DNA of 63,318 bases, filler included. It is 7 parts of 7 records of this genome, joined end to end, with 100 filler letters (N's around TTAATTAATTAA, not from the genome) between each part and the next. Parts side by side here need not be neighbours in the genome. Positions count along the whole stretch, not along the records: positions 38,776 to 49,494 come from SRR31156797_2981; 6 more parts are not named here. The stretch is one strand, 5' to 3'. The position numbers were made by a program, and so were the translations under genes. The first letter of the stretch is position 1, and every line of letters begins with the position of its first letter. Below are positions 38,776-49,594 of the stretch, in pieces. The notes beneath the pieces were generated by a model. It was given only the letters and a program-made list of their open reading frames with translations, was not told the origin of the DNA and made no database searches.

Positions 38776-40176
38776 TTTCTTAAATGTTGGGTGACCATCG
38801 TGAATAGCAAAACCGTCTTTAATAACTGTTCTGATTTTTTCGTCGTCGCCAAGATTTGTGAATTCCATTTTTTCACCGTCCCAATCCAATATTTTATTTA
38901 ATCCTTGCAGACGTACAGCAAGTACTCCCATTACAACCATTTCGTTAAATGGACCGGCTTCGCTAAAGTCCGAAGCAGTTGGAATACGATTATCAGGACT
39001 TTCTTTGCAAGCACGTACCCAGTCCATTTCGTGACTGGTTTCCACTCGGCGGCGGAATTTTGGAGAATCAGGCTTGCGTCCCGATAATAACCATGGATCT
39101 TTACCATAACAACCGCAAACTAAAGTGTCTTTTGAGCCATGGAACAATACACCACCACCTGCATTGTTCGGATTTTTTCCATCAGGCCATGCATCAGGTA
39201 GCATCGGTTTAATACCTCCATCGTACCAGTGTACATCAACCTGAGGAAGTTTCATTTTCACTTTTTTTGTTGCCTTTCTTTCGGGGAAGGTAAGTTTAAC
39301 GGATTGCGAAACAGGCGCACAGTCGTTAAGCAACAAACTTGAGTTTCCTTGGGCGTGAATAGGGTAGCCCAATTCCAGGCCAACAAATACAGGATGAAGA
39401 ATATGGCACGCCATATCGCCAAGAGCACCTGTACCATAATCCCACCAACCACGCCAGTTCCAGGGGTGGTATATTTCGTTGTATGGGCGCATTTTGGCCG
39501 GCCCTACAAACAGGTCCCAATCCAATGTGTCGGGCACCCATTGACCTTGTTCAGGCGTATTTAATCCCTGGGGCCAGATTGGACGGTCGGTGAAAGCTTC
39601 AACCTTTGTTACCTCACCAATTTCGCCATTAGCCAACCACTCGGTAGTAAGATTTACTCCCTCGCCAGATGACCCCTGGTTACCCATTGAAGTTGCAACT
39701 TTGTGCTTTGCCGCGAGTTTAGTTAGTAGCCGTGATTCGTAAACCGAATGTGTTAACGGTTTTTGCAGGTAAACATGTTTTCCCATTGTAATGGCATGAC
39801 CCGCTGTAATTGCATGGGTGTGGTCGGCTGTTGCAATAACAACACCATCCATCTCTTTGCCTAACTCGTCATACATAACGCGCCAGTCTTTGTACTTTTT
39901 GGCTTTTGGCCACATATCAAATACACCGTTTCCTCCGGTGTATTTCCAGTCAACATCGCAAAGGCCAATAATATTTTCCGATTTCAGGTTTTTAAGGTTA
40001 GCAAATCCCATTCCTCCAACACCAATACCAACAATGTTGAGTTTGTCACTGGGTGCTTTGTGTCCTAAACCTGCAATAGCATGACTGGGGACAATTGTAA
40101 TTCCTGCGGCAGCCGCTGCAGTCGTACCAAGAAAGGCTCTTCTTGATACCATAATTTTGTTAGATTTCTTCTCCAT
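38776..40176 (-). CDS. Tat-exported Gfo/Idh/MocA oxidoreductase (3' end truncated)
   Basis: SRRAFL Tat motif, GIGVGGMG, YLQKPL, WRGWWDYGTGALGDMACH. Confidence 0.92.
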
Positions 40177-40380
40177 AATAAATGTAGTTTTAATCGGATA
40201 GGTATAAATTCCTTACGTTTTCAAAAAAAACTTCTAAATATAAAGATATAAAAGCTTGGTTTTACAAAGCATGTTATGAAACAAATAGATTTTTTTATTC
40301 CAGCTCCATCATTCAAATTGATAAGAGGTATCTTTTGTTTATTTTGTCATTATTCCATTTCATTTTTTAGACTTCTCAAA

Positions 40381-40446
40381 ATAGCTTTTTTCTATTTGGC
40401 TTAAAAAAAATCAATTTGACACGAGCTGTTTTATGACCTACATTTG
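40381..40446 (+). promoter_or_regulatory. Bacteroidota-type promoter with upstream OxyR/LysR-like half-site
   Basis: TTTG (40415-40418)-N20-TACATTTG (40439-40446); ATAG-N7-CTAT at 40381-40395. Confidence 0.6.
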
Positions 40447-40496
40447 CTTAACAGTTATAGACAAACTTTAGAAGTTTCAAAATAAAAATCAAAATC

Positions 40497-41021
40497 ATGA
40501 AATCAGTTGGAGAAAAATTCCCAAAATTTGAGAAACAGGCAATATTGGCTAATAATCAGCTAGGAACCGTTTCTTCTGAAGATCATAAAAAAGCCGGAAA
40601 ATGGATGGTAATCTACTTTTACCCTAAAGATTTTACCTTTGTTTGTCCAACCGAAATTGTTGAATTCAATAACAGTCACAGTAAATTTGAAGCATTAAAC
40701 GCAGAACTTTATGGTGTTTCAACAGATACCGCAGAAGTACATCTAGCCTGGAAAAGCAACGATCCGCGTTTGGCCGATTTAAGTTATCCGCTTATTGAAG
40801 ATACATCAAAATCGTTGAGTAAAAAACTGGGAATACTTCAGCCAAGTACAGTGGCTTATCGTGCTACATTTATTGTTGATCCGGAGGGAATTATACAATG
40901 GGTAAATTGTAATAACGATGCTACCGGACGTAATGTAGAGGAAGTATTAAGAGCTCTGGAAGCTACACAAAATCCTGGATTAACAGGGTGTAACTGGCAA
41001 CCGGGAGATTCAACTTTGTAA
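40497..41021 (+). CDS. ahpC: 2-Cys peroxiredoxin, short AhpC type
   Basis: FYPKDFTFVCPTE, RATFIVDP, GRN, GCNWQPG. Confidence 0.88.
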   Translation: MKSVGEKFPKFEKQAILANNQLGTVSSEDHKKAGKWMVIYFYPKDFTFVCPTEIVEFNNSHSKFEALNAELYGVSTDTAEVHLAWKSNDPRLADLSYPLIEDTSKSLSKKLGILQPSTVAYRATFIVDPEGIIQWVNCNNDATGRNVEEVLRALEATQNPGLTGCNWQPGDSTL

Positions 41022-41046
41022 TCAATAACCTTTAAAAAAATAGAAC

Positions 41047-41472
41047 ATGTCAGTAAGAAAAGTTAAATCAGTTTGGAATGGTACCCTAAAAGAGGGAAAA
41101 GGGAATATGGATATTACCGGCTATAGTGGGCCGTTTACATTTGCCTCGCGTTTTGAAGATGGCAAAGGAACCAATCCTGAAGAGTTGGTTGGAGCTGCAC
41201 ATTCGGGATGCTATTCAATGTTTTTATCTGCTTTAATTAGTGGAGAAGGCCTGACCCCGGAAAGTATTGAAACCGAAGCTGCTGTAAGTTTAGGTCAGTT
41301 GGATGGTGGCCCTGCCATTACTAATATCAAACTTACAAATGTTACAAAGTGTGAAGGATTATCGCAGGAGAAGTTTGAAGAATTAGCTGCTGCAGCAAAA
41401 GAAAAATGTCCAATTTCGAGACTTTATGCAGGCGGAACAGCTGAAATTGAGCTTGATGCAAAATTGGTTTAA
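41047..41472 (+). CDS. osmC: OsmC-family peroxiredoxin
   Basis: WNGTLKEGKG, SRFE, TNPEELVGAAHSGC, KCPISR. Confidence 0.92.
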   Translation: MSVRKVKSVWNGTLKEGKGNMDITGYSGPFTFASRFEDGKGTNPEELVGAAHSGCYSMFLSALISGEGLTPESIETEAAVSLGQLDGGPAITNIKLTNVTKCEGLSQEKFEELAAAAKEKCPISRLYAGGTAEIELDAKLV

Positions 41473-41546
41473 GAAACTGAAAGGTTAATCAGCAGAGTGA
41501 TAGGCTAGTTGGCGAAGAGTTGATTAACAGTGAGGGGATGAGAGAT

Positions 41547-41572
41547 AAGGAGTCGAAAGGCTCCTTTTTTTT
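41547..41572 (+). terminator. Terminator of ahpC-osmC
   Basis: aaggagtc-gaaa-ggctcctt followed by a T-run. Confidence 0.85.
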
Positions 41573-41576
41573 GATG

Positions 41577-44378
41577 TTAACTGATCCACTTATCCATGGA
41601 TTCAAAAAGCTTTTCTTTATTAATTGGCTTTGTAAGGTAATCTTTACAACCGTTATTGTAACAAATCTCTTTTTCATTGGCCATAGCATAGGCTGTTTGC
41701 ATTATTACAGGAAGATTCGGATTGATCTCGGTCATCTGTTTTAATGCTTCCAAACCATTTAATACCGGCATACGGATATCTAAAAGTACTAGATCGATAT
41801 CTTCTTGCGTCTGAACCATCTCAATTGCTTTTTTGCCGTTTTCAACTACCAGAAGATTTATATCCATTGGTATTAGTAAGGCCTTAAGGTATTCTTGATT
41901 TGTATCGTCGTCTTCGGCAACCAAAACTGTTTTACCGCTAAATTTCTTTTTGGAAAAACGTTTATTCTTTATGATTAACTTTTTTGAGACCTCTGTTGTT
42001 TCGTATGGCAGGGTAAAACGAAATGTTGATCCATTGTGTAGTTTAGATTCAACCCATATTTGTCCGCCAAGTAAATTCAGAATGCCTTTACAAATGGCTA
42101 AACCAAGTCCGGTTCCTCCATATTTTACCGATTTTTCGTAGCTGGCTTGTTTAAATCGCTCAAATATTTCATCCAGTTTATCCTCCGGAATACCAATGCC
42201 CTCATCGGAAACAAAAAACTGAAGATTGCCGTTTACAAACTGATATCCGAATTTAATTGTTCCTTTACTGGTAAACTTTAATGAATTACCCAGTAAATTT
42301 ACAAGTACTTGTCGTAATCTTAAACTGTCTGTCTTTATGGTACCAGCTCTTTGCTCTTTTGGAGTTATTAGCTGAAATTTGAGATCATGTTTATTCCGGT
42401 ATATTTTTAGTTGCTCAAATAAATCTAAAAGTTCTTGTAACAACTTATCAATATTGCAATTCTCGTTTAGAATTTTTAATTCCCCTGCTTCAATTTTTGC
42501 AACATCAATAATATCGTCAATCAATCCAAGTAACTGTTTCGAGTTATTATCTATTATTTCAAGATATCGGGATCGTTCGGCCTTGCTAAGTTTGGCTTTT
42601 TTTAATAGATCGGTAAATCCAATAATCCCGTTCATAGGGGTTCGGATTTCATGACTCATATTTGCCAGGAAATAATTTTTATGAATGCTTTCAGACTCTG
42701 CTTTTTTTCTGGCCTTTATAAGCTCTTTTTCAAAAGCCTTTCGTTCCGAAATATCTCTGACAACGCCCATGGCATAATCTTTTTGGCCAATGGTTACTTT
42801 TGTTCCTTTTATCTCCGAAGTAAAAAGTTCGCCATTTTTCCTTACATCGGTTATCTCGGTGTTATATGGTAATCCTTTACTAATTGAAGTAATTAGTTTT
42901 TTAAATTTATAACGATCAGGAGGATGAATCAGGTCGTTTACATCCATTCCAAGCATTTCGGAGCGCGAGTAGCCATATGTTTCACACCCCTTTGGATTCA
43001 CATCGAATATTTTTCCATCAAAAGACACCAGGATAACTGTATCGGTAACAGATTTAAATATAGTTCGATGAAAGGCCTCACTCTCCTGTAGAGCTTTTTC
43101 CGCTTCTTTCATGCCCGAGATATCAACAAAAGTTTCAAGAAGTAGCTCTTCATTATTTATTTGCAGAGGAACAACCGATTTTAATATTGGAATTTTTTGT
43201 TTTGATTTAGTCAATAAAGATTGTTCCGATTTATCTACATGCTGTCCCAGGTCAATAACCGGGCATTGATGGCAACCGGCGTTGCAATAGGTTTCAAAAC
43301 AATACGATCCAATTAGTTCATGTGCCTTAAAGCCTGTCATTTCCAGTGCCAGATTATTGCAACTTACAACTTGTTTTTTCTTGTTTACAATTACAGTACC
43401 GAATGGCATAGAGTTAAAAACTACCTCAAGATCTTTACTGACTTGCTCTATTTTTTGTTGAGCCAGTTTCGATTCTGTAATGTCCATATGTACACCATAC
43501 ATCCTGGTAACATTTCCCTGGTCATCGTATTCCGATGCCGCCTCATTTTTAATCCAGCGATAAGAATTATCCTTGTGTTTCAACCGGAATTCAAGAATAA
43601 AGTTTCCTTTGGGATTTGATAAATAATTGGCAACTGCATTTTGACATCTTTCCCGGTCTTCAGAATGAAGTAATCCTGACCAGGTTTGATAAACATTATC
43701 CAGTTCATCCTTTTGATAACCCAATTGCGATTTCCACACATCTGAATAATAAACCTGATCCCCCGAAACTTTCCAATCCCATATACCCAGATTGGCCGCA
43801 TTGGTTGTAAGGTTATATAGGCGATTATTTTCCTTTAATCTTAGATGTGTATTTATTGCATTAATCGTTTCTGATATGTAATTGCTAATGGAGTAAAAAT
43901 GTTTCTTTTCCGATTCAGTAAAAGGCTGTGTGGGAACGCCTAACGTATAAACTACCGATATTCTCCCTATTGATCTGCCCTCATAACCCAGGTCTGTATC
44001 AAGTTTCCACTTGTATTCGTTATAATCTGGTGTTTGAAACGTTTCATTGTTTAGGATTATTTGCGCCTGAACAAAGAGTGGATGATCAAAAACTGTTGGG
44101 ATATATTTTACTGCTTCTGCTAAGATTTGATTTACAGAAGAATATTTTGATCTGAGCTGTCCAAGTTTTTCAAAAAACGACAACTCTTTTAATCTTCGGC
44201 CCAATGAAGTTGCGATGTCTTTAAATTCCAGCTCGTGTTTACGAGCTTCGTTATATTTTTCGTTTAAATTCTGATTTGAATGCTTTAGTAAATGAATTGC
44301 ATTCTTAGCTTCCTGGAGTTCTTTTTCAAGTTCATCAATCCGGAGAAGTAATTCCTTATGTTCGTCTTTTAATACCAT
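41577..44378 (-). CDS. Cytoplasmic PAS-domain hybrid histidine kinase
   Basis: Three PAS domains, FLANMSHEIRTPMN, GGTGLGL, receiver LLDIRMP. Confidence 0.93.
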   Translation of the reverse strand: MVLKDEHKELLLRIDELEKELQEAKNAIHLLKHSNQNLNEKYNEARKHELEFKDIATSLGRRLKELSFFEKLGQLRSKYSSVNQILAEAVKYIPTVFDHPLFVQAQIILNNETFQTPDYNEYKWKLDTDLGYEGRSIGRISVVYTLGVPTQPFTESEKKHFYSISNYISETINAINTHLRLKENNRLYNLTTNAANLGIWDWKVSGDQVYYSDVWKSQLGYQKDELDNVYQTWSGLLHSEDRERCQNAVANYLSNPKGNFILEFRLKHKDNSYRWIKNEAASEYDDQGNVTRMYGVHMDITESKLAQQKIEQVSKDLEVVFNSMPFGTVIVNKKKQVVSCNNLALEMTGFKAHELIGSYCFETYCNAGCHQCPVIDLGQHVDKSEQSLLTKSKQKIPILKSVVPLQINNEELLLETFVDISGMKEAEKALQESEAFHRTIFKSVTDTVILVSFDGKIFDVNPKGCETYGYSRSEMLGMDVNDLIHPPDRYKFKKLITSISKGLPYNTEITDVRKNGELFTSEIKGTKVTIGQKDYAMGVVRDISERKAFEKELIKARKKAESESIHKNYFLANMSHEIRTPMNGIIGFTDLLKKAKLSKAERSRYLEIIDNNSKQLLGLIDDIIDVAKIEAGELKILNENCNIDKLLQELLDLFEQLKIYRNKHDLKFQLITPKEQRAGTIKTDSLRLRQVLVNLLGNSLKFTSKGTIKFGYQFVNGNLQFFVSDEGIGIPEDKLDEIFERFKQASYEKSVKYGGTGLGLAICKGILNLLGGQIWVESKLHNGSTFRFTLPYETTEVSKKLIIKNKRFSKKKFSGKTVLVAEDDDTNQEYLKALLIPMDINLLVVENGKKAIEMVQTQEDIDLVLLDIRMPVLNGLEALKQMTEINPNLPVIMQTAYAMANEKEICYNNGCKDYLTKPINKEKLFESMDKWIS

Positions 44379-44567
44379 TTCAAGGTATCTTTAATAAACA
44401 TGAACCCAGACCAAAGAAACTTGTAAAACAGCTATTTACTCTGGTAAAAACACGGGTATTTTTTTAGTTAAGTATTAGTGTAATTTAACAACAAACATTG
44501 CAATTTAAGTAATTTGTGATTATCACGCAACTTAATGTATATTCTGGCTTTTATTTCCTTGTTACAG

Positions 44568-45320
44568 TTACCTGTCAAGCCATTTCTTAAATGAAGCAAC
44601 TTTATCGCGACTAACGATGATTTCATTATTAAACTCAATTGTAAGTATTAGTTTTAAGCGAGTGGATGAATGGCCTAAAATCTCGCTAATACAATTAATA
44701 TTAATAAGAAAATTTCGATTAATGCGAAAAAAATAATCAGGATTAATTAATTTCTGGAGATGATCCAGCGAATAATCGAGGTCATAGGTTTTTCCATCAC
44801 AGGTTTTTAAAAAAGTACATCGCTCTTCAACAAAAAAGCAACAAACCTTTGTTAATAGTACGGATTTAAACCTTGTACCTGTTTTTATGAAAAAACGTTT
44901 TTTGTACTTATTTGATAGCTGTTCTACTACTTTAGTAACTTGTTCCTCAAAAGATTGGGTGTTGGGAAAAAGCTTATTGAATTTCTCAAGGGCAATTTTG
45001 AGCGACTGTTTATCGATTGGTTTTAGTAAATAGTCGATGCTATTTACCTTGAATGCACGGATAGCATACTTGTCATAAGCTGTTGTAAAAATAACAGGTG
45101 CTTCGATATTAATTTCATCGAATATTTCGAAGGAAGTGCCGTCGTCCAACTGGATATCCATAAAAATTAGGTCGGGAGAAGGATTTGTAAGGAACCAGTT
45201 TATTGCATCTTCAACCGATTCCAGATTTCTTTTTATTTTGGCATCCGGAATAAGGCTCTGTATATGGCCCTCAAGTTTTTCTGCAGCTAATGACTCATCT
45301 TCAACAATAACAATATGCAT
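44568..45320 (-). CDS. LytTR-family response regulator
   Basis: IVEDE, FMDIQL, FTTAYD, YLLKP; FFRINR...IVSR. Confidence 0.95.
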   Translation of the reverse strand: MHIVIVEDESLAAEKLEGHIQSLIPDAKIKRNLESVEDAINWFLTNPSPDLIFMDIQLDDGTSFEIFDEINIEAPVIFTTAYDKYAIRAFKVNSIDYLLKPIDKQSLKIALEKFNKLFPNTQSFEEQVTKVVEQLSNKYKKRFFIKTGTRFKSVLLTKVCCFFVEERCTFLKTCDGKTYDLDYSLDHLQKLINPDYFFRINRNFLININCISEILGHSSTRLKLILTIEFNNEIIVSRDKVASFKKWLDR

Positions 45321-45322
45321 TT

Positions 45323-46375
45323 TTACAATTTAGGTATTTTTACCGGCACTTTTACAATAAACTCTTCCTGAGATTGAAGTATTTCAATCTCCCGTCTCAG
45401 AATTAATTTGCATCTCTCATTGAGGTTTTTTAATCCAAGTTTTGATGAGGAATTAAGTTGTTCTTTTTCTCGTAAATCATTTCGAACCACTACCTTATCT
45501 ATCCCCTCATAATGAATTGTGATTTGAAGAGGATTTTTACGTGTTGCAACATTGTGTTTTAGTGCATTTTCCACTAATATTTGTAACGAAACCGGAACAA
45601 TCATTTCGCTCATTTTATCTGCCAATTCAATTTTAAGTTCCGTTTTTTCTCCATCTCTTATTTTTTGTAAATAAAAGAAATCAGTTACAAATTCCAATTC
45701 TTCTGAGACCTTTACCAATTCCTTCTCTTGATTCTCCAGTACATAACGATAGACAGAGGAGAGTTTTTGAATAAATTGTTCAGAGAGGGAAGAATTAATA
45801 TTTACCAGTGACGAAAGAGTATTTAAACTGTTAAACAAGAAATGAGGATTTACCTGGTTTTTAAGGGTTTCGTATTGGAAAATGAGTTTTTCTTCTTTGA
45901 GCTTGTACATTCGTTTAATTGCATCGTTCCACTGTGCATAAAAGAAAAAAATCGCCCCAAAAGAGAAGCCTATAAGAGTGGCTATAAAAAAACTATTCAA
46001 CTCCAATGCTGATATGCTTTCAAAGAATACCGAGAAATCTATTCCTTTTTTTAAAAAATGAAAAAAGAAGATACCAATAAACATGGTAAAAGCAATAACC
46101 AGTACGGAAAGATAATATATTAAAAAACGCCAAATTATTCTTTGTACGTATTTTGGTTCATCAATTTTAACTGATTGAAAAAACAGGTGTCCGATCCAGA
46201 TAAAAAGTTCAAGTTGTATAAAGGTGAATACAAGCATCTCTGGAAGAGAATCGTGTATAAGTTTACGACGAAGCACTAAACTAAAAACCAAACTTATAAA
46301 GATTGCTCCTGCAATTAATTTTAAGTGCCAAAACACTTTTTGTTTTGTAGTTTTATTAACAGTAGGATGAGCCAT
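45323..46375 (-). CDS. LytS/YehU-type membrane histidine kinase
   Basis: Four TMs, QVNPHFLFNSLN, LVENALKH, LGLKN; likely start ATG 46375. Confidence 0.92.
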   Translation of the reverse strand: MAHPTVNKTTKQKVFWHLKLIAGAIFISLVFSLVLRRKLIHDSLPEMLVFTFIQLELFIWIGHLFFQSVKIDEPKYVQRIIWRFLIYYLSVLVIAFTMFIGIFFFHFLKKGIDFSVFFESISALELNSFFIATLIGFSFGAIFFFYAQWNDAIKRMYKLKEEKLIFQYETLKNQVNPHFLFNSLNTLSSLVNINSSLSEQFIQKLSSVYRYVLENQEKELVKVSEELEFVTDFFYLQKIRDGEKTELKIELADKMSEMIVPVSLQILVENALKHNVATRKNPLQITIHYEGIDKVVVRNDLREKEQLNSSSKLGLKNLNERCKLILRREIEILQSQEEFIVKVPVKIPKL

Positions 46376-46460
46376 ATTTCTGTTTCTGAAGATAATAAAA
46401 AGGATTAAAGGTTGCCTACTCAAAATCTTAACTTATCGAATAAACAACCTCTTTTTGAAA

Positions 46461-47279
46461 TTATAAAATTCGTTTATAGGTAATTTCTCTTGTTGCGTTT
46501 ATGATGGATTTCGTAGTGGCATTCGGAAGTAATAATTCCATTATTACATCTTCGTAAAGTACGGCATGTTCAATTTGCTTATCGACAAGGCTAACCCAAA
46601 TGTTGCCCCAGTAATGGCTACGACCTTTCATTTCCATTCCTTCAGTTGTTATTTCCAATGGATTGTTTAACGTATGGTACTCGATTAGGGCACAACTCTC
46701 ACCGTTTCGCTCCGATACTCCAATATAGGTTAGCTGAATGTCTTTATTCTCGAAAAAACCTTCTCCGGCGAGGTTCATCTTTCCATTAAAAAAATCAGCA
46801 GAGAATGGTTTATTTAATTTTAAATCGGAGAAGTACATCCAGGCAAATCCTTCAATTGCCATCATATCCCAAATCAGATTTTTAGTGAAAGAACTGTGTT
46901 CGGTAAAGTTTGTAAAATTATCAGCCTTTAACATATTTTCATCGGGTATATAGGTGTAATCGTCCATGTAAGAAATAGGAGTCTGTTGGGTAAACTCAGC
47001 AGATTTATCGGATGACATCGACATGGAAACCGAAACGTTGTTCCACTTAACTTTTCCCCCTGGTAGTCCTCGGGTATACTCGCCATAAACCTGTTGTTTG
47101 TTGAAAAAGTTACCAAAAATATCGCCGTTGTAATGCGTAGTAGTAACGCTAAACTTTTGTATATTGTTACTTAATTCAATATCTGACGGTAATGTTTCAG
47201 GTACCGTTGTTTCATTCAGTTTTTGAGCCCAAAGACCAGTTGAGAAAGAAAGAATTAATAATGTAATAATTGTTTTCAT
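46461..47279 (-). CDS. Hypothetical exported protein
   Basis: Signal peptide ending LWA-Q; 272-aa ORF co-oriented with the LytS/LytTR pair; no recognisable family. Confidence 0.75.
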   Translation of the reverse strand: MKTIITLLILSFSTGLWAQKLNETTVPETLPSDIELSNNIQKFSVTTTHYNGDIFGNFFNKQQVYGEYTRGLPGGKVKWNNVSVSMSMSSDKSAEFTQQTPISYMDDYTYIPDENMLKADNFTNFTEHSSFTKNLIWDMMAIEGFAWMYFSDLKLNKPFSADFFNGKMNLAGEGFFENKDIQLTYIGVSERNGESCALIEYHTLNNPLEITTEGMEMKGRSHYWGNIWVSLVDKQIEHAVLYEDVIMELLLPNATTKSIINATREITYKRIL

Positions 47280-47350
47280 GATTGTTACTTTAAGAATTAA
47301 TATTGATTCAAATTTCTGAACTCAGACAAACAAATAAAAAAAGAAGTGGC

Positions 47351-47378
47351 TGAATGGAAGATTTTTGAATACGAGTGG
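47351..47378 (-). promoter_or_regulatory. LytTR-type direct repeat
   Basis: Minus strand CCACTCG and CCATTCA with a 21-bp period, upstream of a weak GAAATTTG -7 element. Confidence 0.55.
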
Positions 47379-47488
47379 GGATAATTCAAGTTTAAACCAG
47401 AAAAGTAAAATAAAAGTACATCTTGTTTGTGTTTTGGCTTAACTTAGTTACCAAATAAAATTAATGTCAGACGATAAATACTGTTCCA

Positions 47489-48283
47489 ATGGTTATTAAA
47501 AATGTACTTCAAACGGCCACATTTGAAGCCAGTAAAATTCTTACCAAAAACTTTGGGAAGGTTTCAAAATATAAGGTTAAGGAACATCAGAGCAGTATTG
47601 TCACGCAAACAGATCTCCAATCAGAAAAGAAGATAAAAACCATTATCTCAACTGAATTTCCCGATCATAATCTTTTGGGAGAAGAAACAGGCTTTGAAAA
47701 TAAAGGATCGGAATACACCTGGGTAATTGATCCAATTGACGGAACTTCGAATTTTGCAGCAGGTATCCCATGGTTTGGTGTGCTAATTTGTGTGATGAAA
47801 GACTTAGAGCCAATATTGTCGTCGTGTTATTTGCCGGTTCAGAAACATTGCTATTATGCTGAAAAAGGAGGTGGAGCATTTCTCAACAACAATCCAATAA
47901 GAGTTACTTCCGATACAGACCTTAAAAATATTCTGATGGCCTATTCACTCGATTTTTCTCATGAACCTGAAAAAACTGATAGAGAAACAAAACTGATTGG
48001 GAGGATTGTTCAAAATGTAAGAAATCTCAGGTCGACAAACTGTTTAGTAGATATGTGTTTAACAGCCGAAGGGAAACTGGGAGCTTGTGCCAACCAAACA
48101 ACTGGGATTTGGGATGTTGCTGCACCTTCATTGTTAATTGAAGAAGCAGGTGGGGTAGTTACGGATTTTGAGGGAAATATGCTTGATTTTAAAGTTACTA
48201 AAAAGGATTATTCGAGAAATTTTGAAATAGTTGCCTCCAGCAAACGGTTGAACCCGGAAATTATAAAAATTCTTAATCAATAA
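47489..48283 (+). CDS. Inositol monophosphatase family protein (SuhB-like)
   Basis: GEE, WVIDPIDGTSNF, WDVAA...EEAGG. Confidence 0.92.
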   Translation: MVIKNVLQTATFEASKILTKNFGKVSKYKVKEHQSSIVTQTDLQSEKKIKTIISTEFPDHNLLGEETGFENKGSEYTWVIDPIDGTSNFAAGIPWFGVLICVMKDLEPILSSCYLPVQKHCYYAEKGGGAFLNNNPIRVTSDTDLKNILMAYSLDFSHEPEKTDRETKLIGRIVQNVRNLRSTNCLVDMCLTAEGKLGACANQTTGIWDVAAPSLLIEEAGGVVTDFEGNMLDFKVTKKDYSRNFEIVASSKRLNPEIIKILNQ

Positions 48284-48288
48284 ATGGT

Positions 48289-48633
48289 ATGGCATACTCA
48301 GAGTGGCTGGCCGATCGTGTTCGGGGTTCATTAAAAGAATTAAATGCTTCTTTCTACGAGAAGAAAATGTTTGGAGGGATGTGTTTTTTGGTGGACGATA
48401 AAATGTGCGTTGGGACTATAAACGATGATTTAATGGTGCGGATTGATCCTGTAGATCAGGAAAAGTTTCTCCAGGAAAAAGGATGTCGGATTATGGATTT
48501 TACCAAACGACCGATGAAAGGATATTTGTATGTATCGCCTGAAGGCATCGATATGGACCAGGATCTTGAAAAGTGGGTGCAACGTTGTCTGGATTTTAAT
48601 CCGAAAGCAAAATCGAGTAAGAAAAGGAAATAA
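48289..48633 (+). CDS. TfoX N-terminal domain protein
   Basis: MAY...EKKMFGGMCFLVDDKMCVG...MDFTKRPMKG. Confidence 0.85.
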   Translation: MAYSEWLADRVRGSLKELNASFYEKKMFGGMCFLVDDKMCVGTINDDLMVRIDPVDQEKFLQEKGCRIMDFTKRPMKGYLYVSPEGIDMDQDLEKWVQRCLDFNPKAKSSKKRK

Positions 48634-48660
48634 AAAAGCCGGAAACTGATTCCCGGCTTT
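48632..48660. terminator. Bidirectional terminator
   Basis: aaagccgg / ccggcttt stem between convergent genes. Confidence 0.7.
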
Positions 48661-48677
48661 CGTATTGTTCAATGTTT

Positions 48678-49494
48678 TTATTTCTTTTTATTCGCAATTT
48701 CAATATTTACGCGTTGCCCTCTAAAACGGGCATTTTTGAATGCTTTAATTAAAGTTTTCTCATGGTTAGAATCGATTTCAAAAAACGAGAATCCTTTTAA
48801 AACTTCAATGCTGCCAATGTCGATACTTTTTCCGGGGGTATTTTGGTTGATCAGGTCGATAATGGCTCGTTTGTTCACACCACTTTTCTTTCCAAGGCTA
48901 AAAAAGAAGCGCGACATGTTTCCTCCGCCACCTCTGCGACCGCCTCTATCGCCACGGTCTCTGCCTCTATCGTCTCTTCCTTTTCGGCGTCCACGGTCAT
49001 GTCCTGAATCTCTTTCGCGCGATTCATCAACGTTAATATCCGGTGCATTTTCGTAATATTTCAGAAAGCGGTTAAACTCAACAGAAACAAAATGTTTTAT
49101 CAGTTCTTCGCGTTCTAACCATGCCAGTTTCTTATAAATAATTGGCATAAATTCTCCGATCTGCTCTTCATTAACGCCTATTTTTTCAACTCTGTCGATT
49201 AAGCTGAACAGTTGTTTTTCGCAAATGATTTTTCCGGATGGTACATCTTTTTTTACAAAAGGTTTGTTTATTGAGCGTTCAACTTGTTTTAGTTTACCCT
49301 TTTCGCGCATGTGAATTAAGGTAATCGAAACTCCTCGTTTACCGGCACGTCCGGTACGTCCGCTTCGGTGTACATAAACCTCAGGATCGTCGGGCAGGTT
49401 GTAGTTAATTACGTGGGTCAGGTCATTTACATCCAAACCGCGGGCGGCAACGTCGGTTGCTACCAGCATTTGCAAATGTTTTCCGCGAAAACGA
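48678..49494 (-). CDS. DEAD-box RNA helicase, C-terminal part with DbpA RNA-binding domain
   Basis: [22 protein letters not shown], Arg/Gly-rich linker, DbpA-like tail; 5' end missing. Confidence 0.92.
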
Positions 49495-49594
49495 NNNNNN
49501 NNNNNNNNNNNNNNNNNNNNNNNNNNNNNNNNNNNNNNTTAATTAATTAANNNNNNNNNNNNNNNNNNNNNNNNNNNNNNNNNNNNNNNNNNNN
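49495..49594. other. Artificial contig spacer
   Basis: N44-TTAATTAATTAA-N44. Confidence 0.99.
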
